Assembly: GCA_011364925.1 (NCBI GenBank)
Contig: RDOA01000006.1
Location: 32,484-96,483 of the forward strand
Length of the DNA stretch: 64,000 nucleotides
Reading direction: 5' to 3'
DNA from: Promethearchaeota archaeon
GTDB taxonomy: Archaea > Asgardarchaeota > Lokiarchaeia > Sigyniarchaeales > SOKP01
The position numbers and the translations under genes were made by a program. Position 1 is the first letter of the stretch, and each line of letters starts with the position of its first letter. Below the pieces are notes generated by a model that worked only from the letters and a program-made list of their open reading frames with translations, was not told the DNA's origin and ran no database searches. Below are positions 35,050 through 43,876 of the stretch, in pieces.

Positions 35050-36039
35050 ATGGTAGATTGGAAAATTAGGAATTTTTGTAAGGATGATATTGACCATTTT
35101 TTGGATTGGAGAAAACTAGTTGCTCGAAGAGTAAAAACTAAAGAATATTTTTATTGGGAATACTTTAACGGACCATGGGGGCCAGCTGACACAACTATCG
35201 CAGATCATAATGGTATGATAGTTGGTCAATATTCAACATTACCTTATGAAGTATACTACTTTGGCGAAAAGATGAAAGCATCATTGAGTTTTGACACTGG
35301 AACACATCCAGACTACAGAAGACAGGGTATATTTAAAACGATAGGGACCTATCATTTTGAAGAACAAGGAAAAAAAGGATATAATTTCTCTACTGGATTT
35401 CCAAATGAAAATTTTTGGCCAGGAGGAAAAAAATTCAATTGGCACGCTCTATGTCCTATTCCCTTATTAGAAAATAACCTTGCTTCAGAATTAAAAACCA
35501 TAAAGAATACTCAGTTTGAAATTATTGAGATTGAAAGATTTGGTAAAGAATTTGAAGGATTTAGTGATAACTATAAAGATACTATTCCCATATACTTAAA
35601 TCGAACGATAAAATATTTAAATTGGAGATATGTTGAAAAACCAAGTTTAGAAAATCCACGACATAAATATAATTATCAAAAATATAAAATATCTGATAAA
35701 AAAGGAGAAATTATATCTTATATAGTTACTAAGCTATATACTGAAAAGAATCAATCATTCCTCCACTTAGTTGATTTTCTTGCACCTAATGAAAAACAAA
35801 TCTACACAACAATTCTCAATTTCTTAGGAAATATTGCCAGGTCTCAATTTATTAATACTATTTCATTATTCTTAAATCAATATCATCCATTTAGTCAATT
35901 TCTTAAGAGTTTTGGCTTTCAATATGTCGATACAAATCGAGTATATATTGTACGGTTAAATAATGATGCATTAGATAAGGATGTATTGGAGAATGAAAAG
36001 AATCATTTTTTCACAATGGGTGATTCTGATGTTATTTAA
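35050..36039 (+). CDS. GNAT-family N-acetyltransferase with a C-terminal extension
   Basis: 329 aa with the acetyl-CoA motif HPDYRRQGIFKTIG (R/Q-x-x-G-x-G/A type). Confidence 0.65.
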   Translation: MVDWKIRNFCKDDIDHFLDWRKLVARRVKTKEYFYWEYFNGPWGPADTTIADHNGMIVGQYSTLPYEVYYFGEKMKASLSFDTGTHPDYRRQGIFKTIGTYHFEEQGKKGYNFSTGFPNENFWPGGKKFNWHALCPIPLLENNLASELKTIKNTQFEIIEIERFGKEFEGFSDNYKDTIPIYLNRTIKYLNWRYVEKPSLENPRHKYNYQKYKISDKKGEIISYIVTKLYTEKNQSFLHLVDFLAPNEKQIYTTILNFLGNIARSQFINTISLFLNQYHPFSQFLKSFGFQYVDTNRVYIVRLNNDALDKDVLENEKNHFFTMGDSDVI

Positions 36040-36177
36040 GATTATACTCAATTTAATCAAATCTACAATCAAGCTATTAATCCCAAATTATTGAATATTT
36101 TCATATATGCGTATAAGAACACATTTTTATAATTATCTAAAAATTTATTTTAAATCACTGTATTTAGATTTTAAATC

Positions 36178-37830
36178 ATGGAAGAAGAACAAAATAAAAT
36201 TAATAAAGGTATAAATAAAGAATACAAAATACTTGCAAAAAATTCGATTTTCTCAATTATTAATACTTATAGTTCATTCATTTTTTCAATAATAACTTCA
36301 TATCTTATTGCGAGGTTAATCACCTCTAATATCTGGAGTTATTTAATTTTATCAACCTCATATATCACTATTTTTTCTTTGATTCTAACATTTTTACCAC
36401 CAAGTTTAGATCAGACTTTCAATTATTACGTACCAAAATTTAGAGCTTTGAAGCAGTTTAATATGCTAAAATCATTTGTTCAACAATCTATTCTTCTAAG
36501 ATTAATTTTTGTGTTAACAACTTTCGTTATAAGTATTGGTATTTTCATTTTTTTCTCAGATCTTTTTAAAATTAATTTAGGTATCTATTACCCTATCTTA
36601 TTACTATTATCCCCCTTACTTATAATCGATGGATTAGGTAAAATCTTAATAGCTTTGGAGCGAGCATTCAATCTATTTAATGTGGCACTCTACTTAATGA
36701 TTATTAGATATGTTTTGAATATTGGAGCCCTACTTTTTTTAACATTCTACATTAATACTATTCAACTAAGTTATATTGCTCTTACTAATTTATTCTCAAG
36801 TTTAGTCCCATTTTTAATAAATTGTATAATTATCTTTGTAATAATTAAATATAAACTTAAGAAGTCTGAAGAGGAGAGAATTTCATTTAAAACAACTTTT
36901 AAACATTTATATAGTTATGGATCTCATCTAAGCGTAAAGAGTATTATTGATGGATTAATTAAAGAATTATACGTACAAGTTATTCGTTTTTTTGAAACGC
37001 CTGACTTTGTTACAGGTTATAACATTGCTTACAATTACAAATCTGTATCTGGGCAAATTATTCAATCCATGCCAGATCCTTTAACAATATCTTTATCCGA
37101 ATTAGTAACAAAACAAAAATATGAGGAAACTAAGAAAGTTGTTAACACACTTTATGTTTTTTTAGTTTTTGTAATCTTATTTATAAGCGGTATTTTAATT
37201 CATTTAACGGATATTTTCCTATTTCTCGTTTATGGTATACCATATTTAAAATACTCACTATTAGTTAAATTATCGGTAATATCTATATTGTTCAATGTAA
37301 TAAACATATTTTTTCAATCTTTATTAAGAGCTACAAATAAAGTTAAATTCGTAATTCCAAACTCATTATTAACCACAGCGATAACTTTTTCTCTTTATTT
37401 AATGGGGTTAGTTTTTTTTAATATTAACGCTGCTGTATTGGGGATATTCATTGGAAGTGTTATTAACTTCTTTATTTTAGTATATTTCACTTTTAAACTC
37501 TTGAAAATAAAAATCAATCTTAAAAAAATTCTACCTCAATATTTAATATTCTTTATTTCTATAGGGATTTCTGTACTATTAGACATAATTATATTAGGAG
37601 ATGTCAATGCATTTATTCTTGGAGTAGTTCATTTATCTTATTTCAAAAATTTTGACTTTTTGGCTCTATTAGTATTTCTAGTCCTGTATTTATTACTAAA
37701 TATCGTATTGAAAATTTTCACTGTTACCGATGTCGAAATGGTTGAAGCATTTTTCACCAAGAAAACCTTTACTAACAAAATAATTTTAAAAGGCACAAAA
37801 TTATTAAAAAAGTTCATTAAAAAAAATTAA
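36178..37830 (+). CDS. polysaccharide/oligosaccharide flippase (Wzx, MOP superfamily), paralog A
   Basis: 550 aa, with about 12-14 TM helices throughout. It is clearly paralogous to 57028-58686 (AKNSIFSIINTYSSFIFSIITSYLIARLI versus VKNSFFSFLNTYGTFIFSIISSFLLARLI). Confidence 0.8.
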   Translation: MEEEQNKINKGINKEYKILAKNSIFSIINTYSSFIFSIITSYLIARLITSNIWSYLILSTSYITIFSLILTFLPPSLDQTFNYYVPKFRALKQFNMLKSFVQQSILLRLIFVLTTFVISIGIFIFFSDLFKINLGIYYPILLLLSPLLIIDGLGKILIALERAFNLFNVALYLMIIRYVLNIGALLFLTFYINTIQLSYIALTNLFSSLVPFLINCIIIFVIIKYKLKKSEEERISFKTTFKHLYSYGSHLSVKSIIDGLIKELYVQVIRFFETPDFVTGYNIAYNYKSVSGQIIQSMPDPLTISLSELVTKQKYEETKKVVNTLYVFLVFVILFISGILIHLTDIFLFLVYGIPYLKYSLLVKLSVISILFNVINIFFQSLLRATNKVKFVIPNSLLTTAITFSLYLMGLVFFNINAAVLGIFIGSVINFFILVYFTFKLLKIKINLKKILPQYLIFFISIGISVLLDIIILGDVNAFILGVVHLSYFKNFDFLALLVFLVLYLLLNIVLKIFTVTDVEMVEAFFTKKTFTNKIILKGTKLLKKFIKKN

Positions 37831-37921
37831 GTAAAAATATGAGACTAAAAGAAAAGAAAATTCTCAAAATTTTCAAATGCAATACAATATAGCGTCTTGA
37901 AATTTAAATGGAAAAAGAAAA

Positions 37922-38674
37922 ATGGTTATCGATAATACAGCAATTATAATACAGGCAAGAATGGAATCAACGAGATTAAGAGGAAAAGTTCTAAAAAACA
38001 TCTATCGAAATAAAACAATTTTAGATTTGCTTATAGAACACTTAAAAATATTAGATCAGAGGATAATTATTGCTACAACCACGAATAAATCAGACGTTAA
38101 AATTATCGAAACTGCAAAAAAACATGATTTAGAATGGTTTCGAGGAGATGAACAAAATGTTTTAAAAAGGTATATTGATTGTGCAACTGAATACGACATT
38201 TCAAAAATAGTTAGAATAACATCTGATAATATTTTTGTTCAACCAGCATTAATAAAACCTTTAATTGATAATAAGAATCAAACATTAGATTATATTTCGT
38301 ATAAAATTGGAGATATAAACGTTGTATTAGCGCACTGGGGTCTGTTTGGTGAATTTGTCACTTTAAGTGCTCTAAAAAAAGTCCAAATTTCTTCAAAAGC
38401 AAAAATGGATTTAGAACACGTAACTTACTATATTTATAATCATGAAGGTGAATTTACCTACGAATATTGGGATGTTCCTCAAGAATTGAATAGATTAGAC
38501 ATTAGATTGACTATTGATACATTAGAAGATTTTAATATTTGTAAAGAAATTGTAAATTATTTACAGAAAAATAACTTAGATTGGCATTATAATAATATTT
38601 TAGAATACATTGATAGCAACCTAGCTTTAAGGAATAAAATAAAAAGAAATATAGAACGGATTAGAAAGATTTAA
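37922..38674 (+). CDS. SpsF/PseF-like cytidylyltransferase-family protein (CMP-nonulosonate synthetase fold)
   Basis: 250 aa. AIIIQARMESTRLRGKVL matches B. subtilis SpsF (FIIQARMGSTRLPGKVL), and RITSDNIFVQP matches RLTGDNPFVDP. Confidence 0.75.
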   Translation: MVIDNTAIIIQARMESTRLRGKVLKNIYRNKTILDLLIEHLKILDQRIIIATTTNKSDVKIIETAKKHDLEWFRGDEQNVLKRYIDCATEYDISKIVRITSDNIFVQPALIKPLIDNKNQTLDYISYKIGDINVVLAHWGLFGEFVTLSALKKVQISSKAKMDLEHVTYYIYNHEGEFTYEYWDVPQELNRLDIRLTIDTLEDFNICKEIVNYLQKNNLDWHYNNILEYIDSNLALRNKIKRNIERIRKI

Positions 38675-38685
38675 TTGTTGGTTTA

Positions 38686-39708
38686 ATGTTGCAAAAATTG
38701 AAAATATTAATTCGTGTTGATGGATACAACGAAATAGGTTTAGGTCACATTTATAGATCCATTACTTTAGCTAATAGATTGAATGAACATGACATACTTT
38801 TTGTCTCTATAGAAGAGTATAAATTGGGCATTAAATTAATCGAAAAAAATAATTTTGATTTAAAGACTATCAAAAATGATAAAGAATTATTTAATATTAT
38901 CACAGAATTCAAGCCTACGATAATTATCAATGACATTTTAGACACTAAAAAAAAATACATAGAGGATTTAAAAAAACTGAAGCTCTTTGTAGTTAATTTT
39001 GAAGATCTTGGAGATGGATCCAAATTAGCAGATTTATTAATAAATGCTCTCTATGAAGAAAGGAGGTCTAAAACAACTCACTATTGGGGTAAGGATTACT
39101 ACATATTGAGAGAAGAGTTTCTTAAGATAGAACACAAATATATCCAAAAAGATATTAAAAATATTTTAATAACTTATGGGGGAACTGACCCTAATAACTA
39201 TACTAAACGAATTTTAAACATTCTTAATGAATTGAAATTAAATAAAGTTAAAATAAATGTAATTCTTGGATTAGGATACAAAGATCCGCATGAATTAATT
39301 GATGTTGTAAAAAATCTAGATCTAGATGTTACCATAAAGCAAAATATTAAAAATATAAGTACGTATATGAGTGAAGCTGACATTGCTTTTACTTCCGCGG
39401 GAAGGACGGTTTACGAACTAGCTTCCATAGGCATACCAACAATCGTTTTAGCTCAAAATAAAAGAGAGAATTTGCATGTTTTTGCAAAAAAAAGTAATGG
39501 TTTTATAAATTTAGGTTTGGGTTATAATTGTTCTGATCAAAATATTAAAGAAACGCTACTTAGGTTGATTAACGATTTCGAATTGAGAAAGAAATTCAAT
39601 TATTTGATGTTAAAAAATGATTTAAAGTCTGGTGTAAATAATGTTCTTAACGCAATTTTAACAAATTACAAAAATTACAAAAATAGTGAAGTAAATGAAA
39701 AAATTTGA
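38686..39708 (+). CDS. PseG/SpsG-like UDP-sugar hydrolase (GT-B fold, nonulosonic acid pathway)
   Basis: 340 aa. The N-terminus ILIRVDGYNEIGLGHIYRSITLANRL matches the PseG signature (R.D....G.GH..R...LA). It overlaps the next gene by 14 nt. Confidence 0.7.
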   Translation: MLQKLKILIRVDGYNEIGLGHIYRSITLANRLNEHDILFVSIEEYKLGIKLIEKNNFDLKTIKNDKELFNIITEFKPTIIINDILDTKKKYIEDLKKLKLFVVNFEDLGDGSKLADLLINALYEERRSKTTHYWGKDYYILREEFLKIEHKYIQKDIKNILITYGGTDPNNYTKRILNILNELKLNKVKINVILGLGYKDPHELIDVVKNLDLDVTIKQNIKNISTYMSEADIAFTSAGRTVYELASIGIPTIVLAQNKRENLHVFAKKSNGFINLGLGYNCSDQNIKETLLRLINDFELRKKFNYLMLKNDLKSGVNNVLNAILTNYKNYKNSEVNEKI

Positions 39709-40771
39709 AGACATAATTGAAAAGGATGATGTTTTAATCATAGCTGAATTAGGAGTAAACTATTATGATATAGCAATTCAAAAAGACATATCTCCAATGG
39801 AAGCTGCAAAATTAATGATTGATGAAGCAAAAAAAAATGGAGCTGATGCTGTAAAATTTCAGTCATATAAAGCAGAAGATTTAGCCTCAAAAAATGCTGC
39901 TGCTTATTGGGATTTAGAAAAGGAGCCATCTACATCGCAACTAGAACTATTTAAGAAGTTTGATAAATTTGGAAAAGAAGAATACATAGAAATATTTGAA
40001 TATTGTAAATTTAAAAATATTATATTTTTATCAACTCCTTTCGATTATAAAGCTGTAGATTATTTAAACGATTTAGTTCCGGTATTTAAAATATCCTCAT
40101 CGGATATAACTAATATTCCGTTTATCAGATATATCTCTAGTAAAGGTAAACCAATTATTTTGTCTACTGGAGCTGCAACGCTTAATGAAATTGAAGAAGC
40201 TGTGAGAGCAATAAGATCTATTGGAGATAACCAAATCTACTTCATGCATTGCATCCTAGATTACCCTACTAAATATAAAGATATTAATCTCAACATGATA
40301 AAAACATTAAGAAAATTATTTCCAGATAATATAATCGGTTTTTCAGATCATACCAGACCAGATGAATTCATGTTAGTACCTGTAATCGCCTTCGCTTATG
40401 GAGCAAGAATTATTGAAAAACATTTCACACTTGATAAAACTATAGTTGGTAATGATCACTACCATGCTATGGACCAAAACGATTTAAAAAAATTAAGAGA
40501 AAATATAAGTTTCGTTAAGTTGATAAGTGGACAATTTGAAATAGAACCTTTAGAATGTGAAAAAATTTCAAGACAGCAGGCAAGACGAAGCCTTGTAGCG
40601 GCTATTGACATATCGAAGGGAGAAATTATAACTCTAGATATGCTAACTTTTAAAAGACCAGGAATTGGAATATCACCAGCAATGATAGATTCTGTTATTG
40701 GTGGAATAGCTTTAGTGGATATAAAAGAAGATGATATACTTACTAGTGAAAAAATTAAATTTAAGGAATAG
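39695..40771 (+). CDS. N-acylneuraminate/pseudaminate/legionaminate synthase family (NeuB/PseI/SpsE-like)
   Basis: 358 aa with a NeuB TIM barrel (IIAELGVNY, GADAVKFQSY, FSDHT) and a C-terminal SAF domain (ARRSLVAAIDISKGEIIT...FKRPG.GISP). Confidence 0.85.
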   Translation: MKKFEDIIEKDDVLIIAELGVNYYDIAIQKDISPMEAAKLMIDEAKKNGADAVKFQSYKAEDLASKNAAAYWDLEKEPSTSQLELFKKFDKFGKEEYIEIFEYCKFKNIIFLSTPFDYKAVDYLNDLVPVFKISSSDITNIPFIRYISSKGKPIILSTGAATLNEIEEAVRAIRSIGDNQIYFMHCILDYPTKYKDINLNMIKTLRKLFPDNIIGFSDHTRPDEFMLVPVIAFAYGARIIEKHFTLDKTIVGNDHYHAMDQNDLKKLRENISFVKLISGQFEIEPLECEKISRQQARRSLVAAIDISKGEIITLDMLTFKRPGIGISPAMIDSVIGGIALVDIKEDDILTSEKIKFKE

Positions 40772-40837
40772 AAAATTTTAATCATGATTGCTTAAGAGTA
40801 AATGCTATAAGATTGCTTTACAGATGGTCAAATCTGA

Positions 40838-42700
40838 TCATACTATTCCTTTTATAAATTCAATAATTTCCTGAACTGGAGGATGTTCCGGATCATAGAA
40901 AAGAAAATTTTTGGCGTATTCTTTTAGCTTTATTGTATAATTTCTGGCTAGGTTTTCATTTGAAGATAAATCCTTTATTTTATCTAATAAAATCTCTTGA
41001 TCATAAACAATATATAGGAATTTTTCATCCAAAAATGAATATTTACTTGTCTCTCTAAAGGTTTTATTTATAAAATCAAGGCAAATCACTGGTGTTCCTA
41101 CTAACATAGATTCTAAAATAGTTGTTGATTTTTGGGATATTAAGAGATTTGAAGATTTAATTATATCTAAAATCCTTACATCCTTGACTATTATTGGATT
41201 GATACCTAGGTTTGAACAAATTTTTTTATGAATATAACCATCTTCTCGAGGATGGAGCTTGATAAGAAAATTTTGTTCTAAATTCAATTGTTTTAGAGAT
41301 TTTGCGACTACGCTGATTATTTTTTCATTTGACTCGTCATCAATAGGATTTGTCGTTAAAAGGATTGTGAACTTCTCTTTATTAAATTCGTATTTTCTTC
41401 CATCAAACATGTCGCGAACTTCTGACAATTCAATAAATTTATTCTTATGAAAATATTCATATCGAGGGATTCCTGTAACTTTTATATTTTGTTCATTTAC
41501 TCCTTTTTGAATATAATACTTTTTATCTGATTCTCCTCCTAATATGTAATATTTAACATCGTTTTTAGTAACCATTTCCTCAATGATAGGAATAGCCGCG
41601 TGAGGTATGAATAAAGTTGGTATTTCTTTCAATTTACAATAGCTTGTGATTAATTTCATAGTACCCATAAAATCATTAGCAATAACCACCATTTTTGGAG
41701 GATTCTTTTTTATGAACTGTAAGAAATTTAATAATACGTTATAGGTCCTTATTAAATCTATCATATGCCCTTTTAAGTAGTATATTTTTAACAAATTCTT
41801 TAGATTTAATGATTGATATTCTAAATTTTTCGTTATTTTATTTTTATAGCGTTTAAGTAATATCCTATTCTGAATAATGCATTTGATAATAGTATTTAGA
41901 TTTTTTATCGAAGTAGAAATATCACTTTTATACCTAATAGAATTGAATAGTTTATCAGACTTTAGAATATTATGAATTGGTAAAATGCTTTTTATTTGGT
42001 TTTCTGAGTTAGCAAAAAAAATCAAATTCTTTGTATTATTTTGTTTGGCTTTATTATTCTTCCGGTGTTTCTTGAATAAAATCTTTTTAAGAAATAAACC
42101 CAAAGTTGTTAAAAAAAATTGTAGCGTACTCACATTACTTAAGAAATTGTTACTTATTAAAGGAAAACTATCTTTGAACCATTTAATGTTCATCTTTATT
42201 TTTTTGAAGAAAATTAGTGAATTCTTATTTATATTAAGTAAGAAAATTTCATCATATTCTCTCTCTTGAAGAATTTTTTTGATTAATTCGAATTTTCCAA
42301 AAAATTCATTGAGAAATAAAGAAAGTTCAAACTCAAATGCTTTGGCTAAGAAAATCCCTTTAAAAGAGTAAATTTGTGAGGATAATAAATTTTGATACAA
42401 GGTTCTTAGTGTTTGCTTAGTTTTTTGTATCACACTGCCTTTGATATCTCTAAAAATTAGGCGATCAATATCAACTCTAAATTTTGGTAAGGATTCGGTA
42501 CATATCTCTGACTGAACATTTAAAACTTCATTTCTTTCTGTAATAACAGTAATGTCTACAGTTTTTAAATATTTTTTCTGGATATAAGAAATAGTAAAAT
42601 CCAATTTTGAAGAATTGTAATAATTTAGGAATTTCTTTATTATTGTTGGCAGATGTTCACTTTTATAGTTGAAAAAGTTGTATAAAATCAATACCTTCAT
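40838..42700 (-). CDS. large uncharacterised GT-B-like transferase (TagF / KpsC-KpsS capsule-transferase-like C-terminal half)
   Basis: 620 aa. The C-terminal part reads FIPHAAIP..., FTILLTTNP..., LIKLHPRE..., LLISQKSTTILESMLVGTPVICLD, which resembles CDP-glycerol glycerophosphotransferase or CMP-sugar capsule transferases. The N-terminal half is unassigned. Confidence 0.45.
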   Translation of the reverse strand: MKVLILYNFFNYKSEHLPTIIKKFLNYYNSSKLDFTISYIQKKYLKTVDITVITERNEVLNVQSEICTESLPKFRVDIDRLIFRDIKGSVIQKTKQTLRTLYQNLLSSQIYSFKGIFLAKAFEFELSLFLNEFFGKFELIKKILQEREYDEIFLLNINKNSLIFFKKIKMNIKWFKDSFPLISNNFLSNVSTLQFFLTTLGLFLKKILFKKHRKNNKAKQNNTKNLIFFANSENQIKSILPIHNILKSDKLFNSIRYKSDISTSIKNLNTIIKCIIQNRILLKRYKNKITKNLEYQSLNLKNLLKIYYLKGHMIDLIRTYNVLLNFLQFIKKNPPKMVVIANDFMGTMKLITSYCKLKEIPTLFIPHAAIPIIEEMVTKNDVKYYILGGESDKKYYIQKGVNEQNIKVTGIPRYEYFHKNKFIELSEVRDMFDGRKYEFNKEKFTILLTTNPIDDESNEKIISVVAKSLKQLNLEQNFLIKLHPREDGYIHKKICSNLGINPIIVKDVRILDIIKSSNLLISQKSTTILESMLVGTPVICLDFINKTFRETSKYSFLDEKFLYIVYDQEILLDKIKDLSSNENLARNYTIKLKEYAKNFLFYDPEHPPVQEIIEFIKGIV

Positions 42701-42895
42701 TCTGTATTTAAGATAATCTATGCTTTATTAAATTCTTTAATAAATCAAACAAATTAACTTTACGACTTGAAATAAAAATCGTCTATTTAGTACGATCTTT
42801 ATATGTATTTAGAAAAAAATTTTAATTTCCTACAATAACCTTATAATAACATTTAATAAATAATTGAAAATTCCGAGAAATGGGGTTGATTAGAG

Positions 42896-43429
42896 GTGAA
42901 AAAAAAAAGATTCCGAAACTTTAGGATCATTAGAAATTCAATTTTGAATTTTATTGATCCTGAATTTGCACTTAAACGAAATTTAAAAATCATCGCATCT
43001 TATAAGTCAAAACCAAAAATACGACCATTTTCAAATACTATTCTTAATAAAAATACACATTTAGGGAAGAATTGTAATTTTAACGGTTGTCAAATTCAAG
43101 GTGATGGAAAAGTAGTGATTGGTGACAACTTTCACTCGGGAGAAGAAATTATTTTCATTACTAGGAGTCATAATTATGAAGGAAATGCAATCCCTTATAA
43201 GGGTTATGTACACAAAGATATAATCGTTGAGGATAATGTCTGGATTGGGACGCGGGTAACCATTCTTCCAGGCGTTACAATAGGAGAAGGAGCGATAATT
43301 CAAGCGGGGAGCGTAGTTGTTCACGATATACCAAAATACGGAATTGCTGGAGGACATCCAGCAAAAGTTTTTAAATATAGAGATAAAGAGCATTACGAAA
43401 GACTCAAAAAAGAAGGGAAATTCCATTAG
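42896..43429 (+). CDS. hexapeptide-repeat (LbH) O-acetyltransferase
   Basis: 177 aa with VWIGTRVTILPGVTIGEGAIIQAGSVVVHDIPKYGIAGGHPAKV. A GTG start is followed directly by an A10 tract (42899-42908). An out-of-frame ATG lies at 42880. Confidence 0.85.
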   Translation: MKKKRFRNFRIIRNSILNFIDPEFALKRNLKIIASYKSKPKIRPFSNTILNKNTHLGKNCNFNGCQIQGDGKVVIGDNFHSGEEIIFITRSHNYEGNAIPYKGYVHKDIIVEDNVWIGTRVTILPGVTIGEGAIIQAGSVVVHDIPKYGIAGGHPAKVFKYRDKEHYERLKKEGKFH

Positions 43430-43540
43430 AAAAATTTTTAAAAATTTTTAAAAAGCATCTTCTTCTGAAGTCCTATTTGAAGTTTACCAACTTTAAATAT
43501 ATAGGTAAACATAAAAAGAAGAGTTTTTTAATTATGTATA

Positions 43541-43562
43541 ATGAAATATAATTATATTTCAT
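43541..43562. promoter_or_regulatory. perfect 22-bp palindrome ATGAAATATAATTATATTTCAT, candidate operator/TATA region of the RHH-sat operon
   Basis: All 11 base pairs were checked by hand. TGTATA direct repeats flank it (43535-43540 and 43564-69). It ends 43 nt upstream of the RHH gene ATG. Confidence 0.4.
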
Positions 43563-43604
43563 TTGTATACATTAACAAAATTATTGAAATGGTTTGAAAT
43601 TAAA

Positions 43605-43844
43605 ATGTCTGAAGACGAACACAAGGTTGAATATACAACTGTTTCTATCCCTAAACCCTTAGCGGATAAAGTAAAGGAGCGAATGAAAGGAACAGGCTTT
43701 TCATCTGTATCAAGTTATGTTACATATGTACTTAGGCAGGTATTATCCTCAATAGAGCAAGATGAAAAATCAAAACAAGCGTTTACTAAAGATGAGGAGG
43801 ATAAAGTCAAACAACGCCTACGAGATTTAGGTTATATCGATTAA
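43605..43844 (+). CDS. ribbon-helix-helix (CopG/Arc-like) DNA-binding protein
   Basis: About 79 aa from ATG 43605. The sequence YTTVSIPKPLADKVKERMKGTGFSSVSSYVTYVLRQVL fits a beta strand plus two helices. The ORF-track TTG at 43563 lies inside the palindrome region and is less likely. Confidence 0.6.
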   Translation: MSEDEHKVEYTTVSIPKPLADKVKERMKGTGFSSVSSYVTYVLRQVLSSIEQDEKSKQAFTKDEEDKVKQRLRDLGYID

Positions 43845-43876
43845 AACTAATAATAAATGAAAATGTTGATGGAAAA

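Noticed and set aside
43431-43455. A direct repeat, aaaatttttaaaaatttttaaaaa, downstream of the acetyltransferase gene
   Set aside because: It is a short AT-only repeat. It is most simply a T-tract terminator region in AT-rich DNA and not distinctive.
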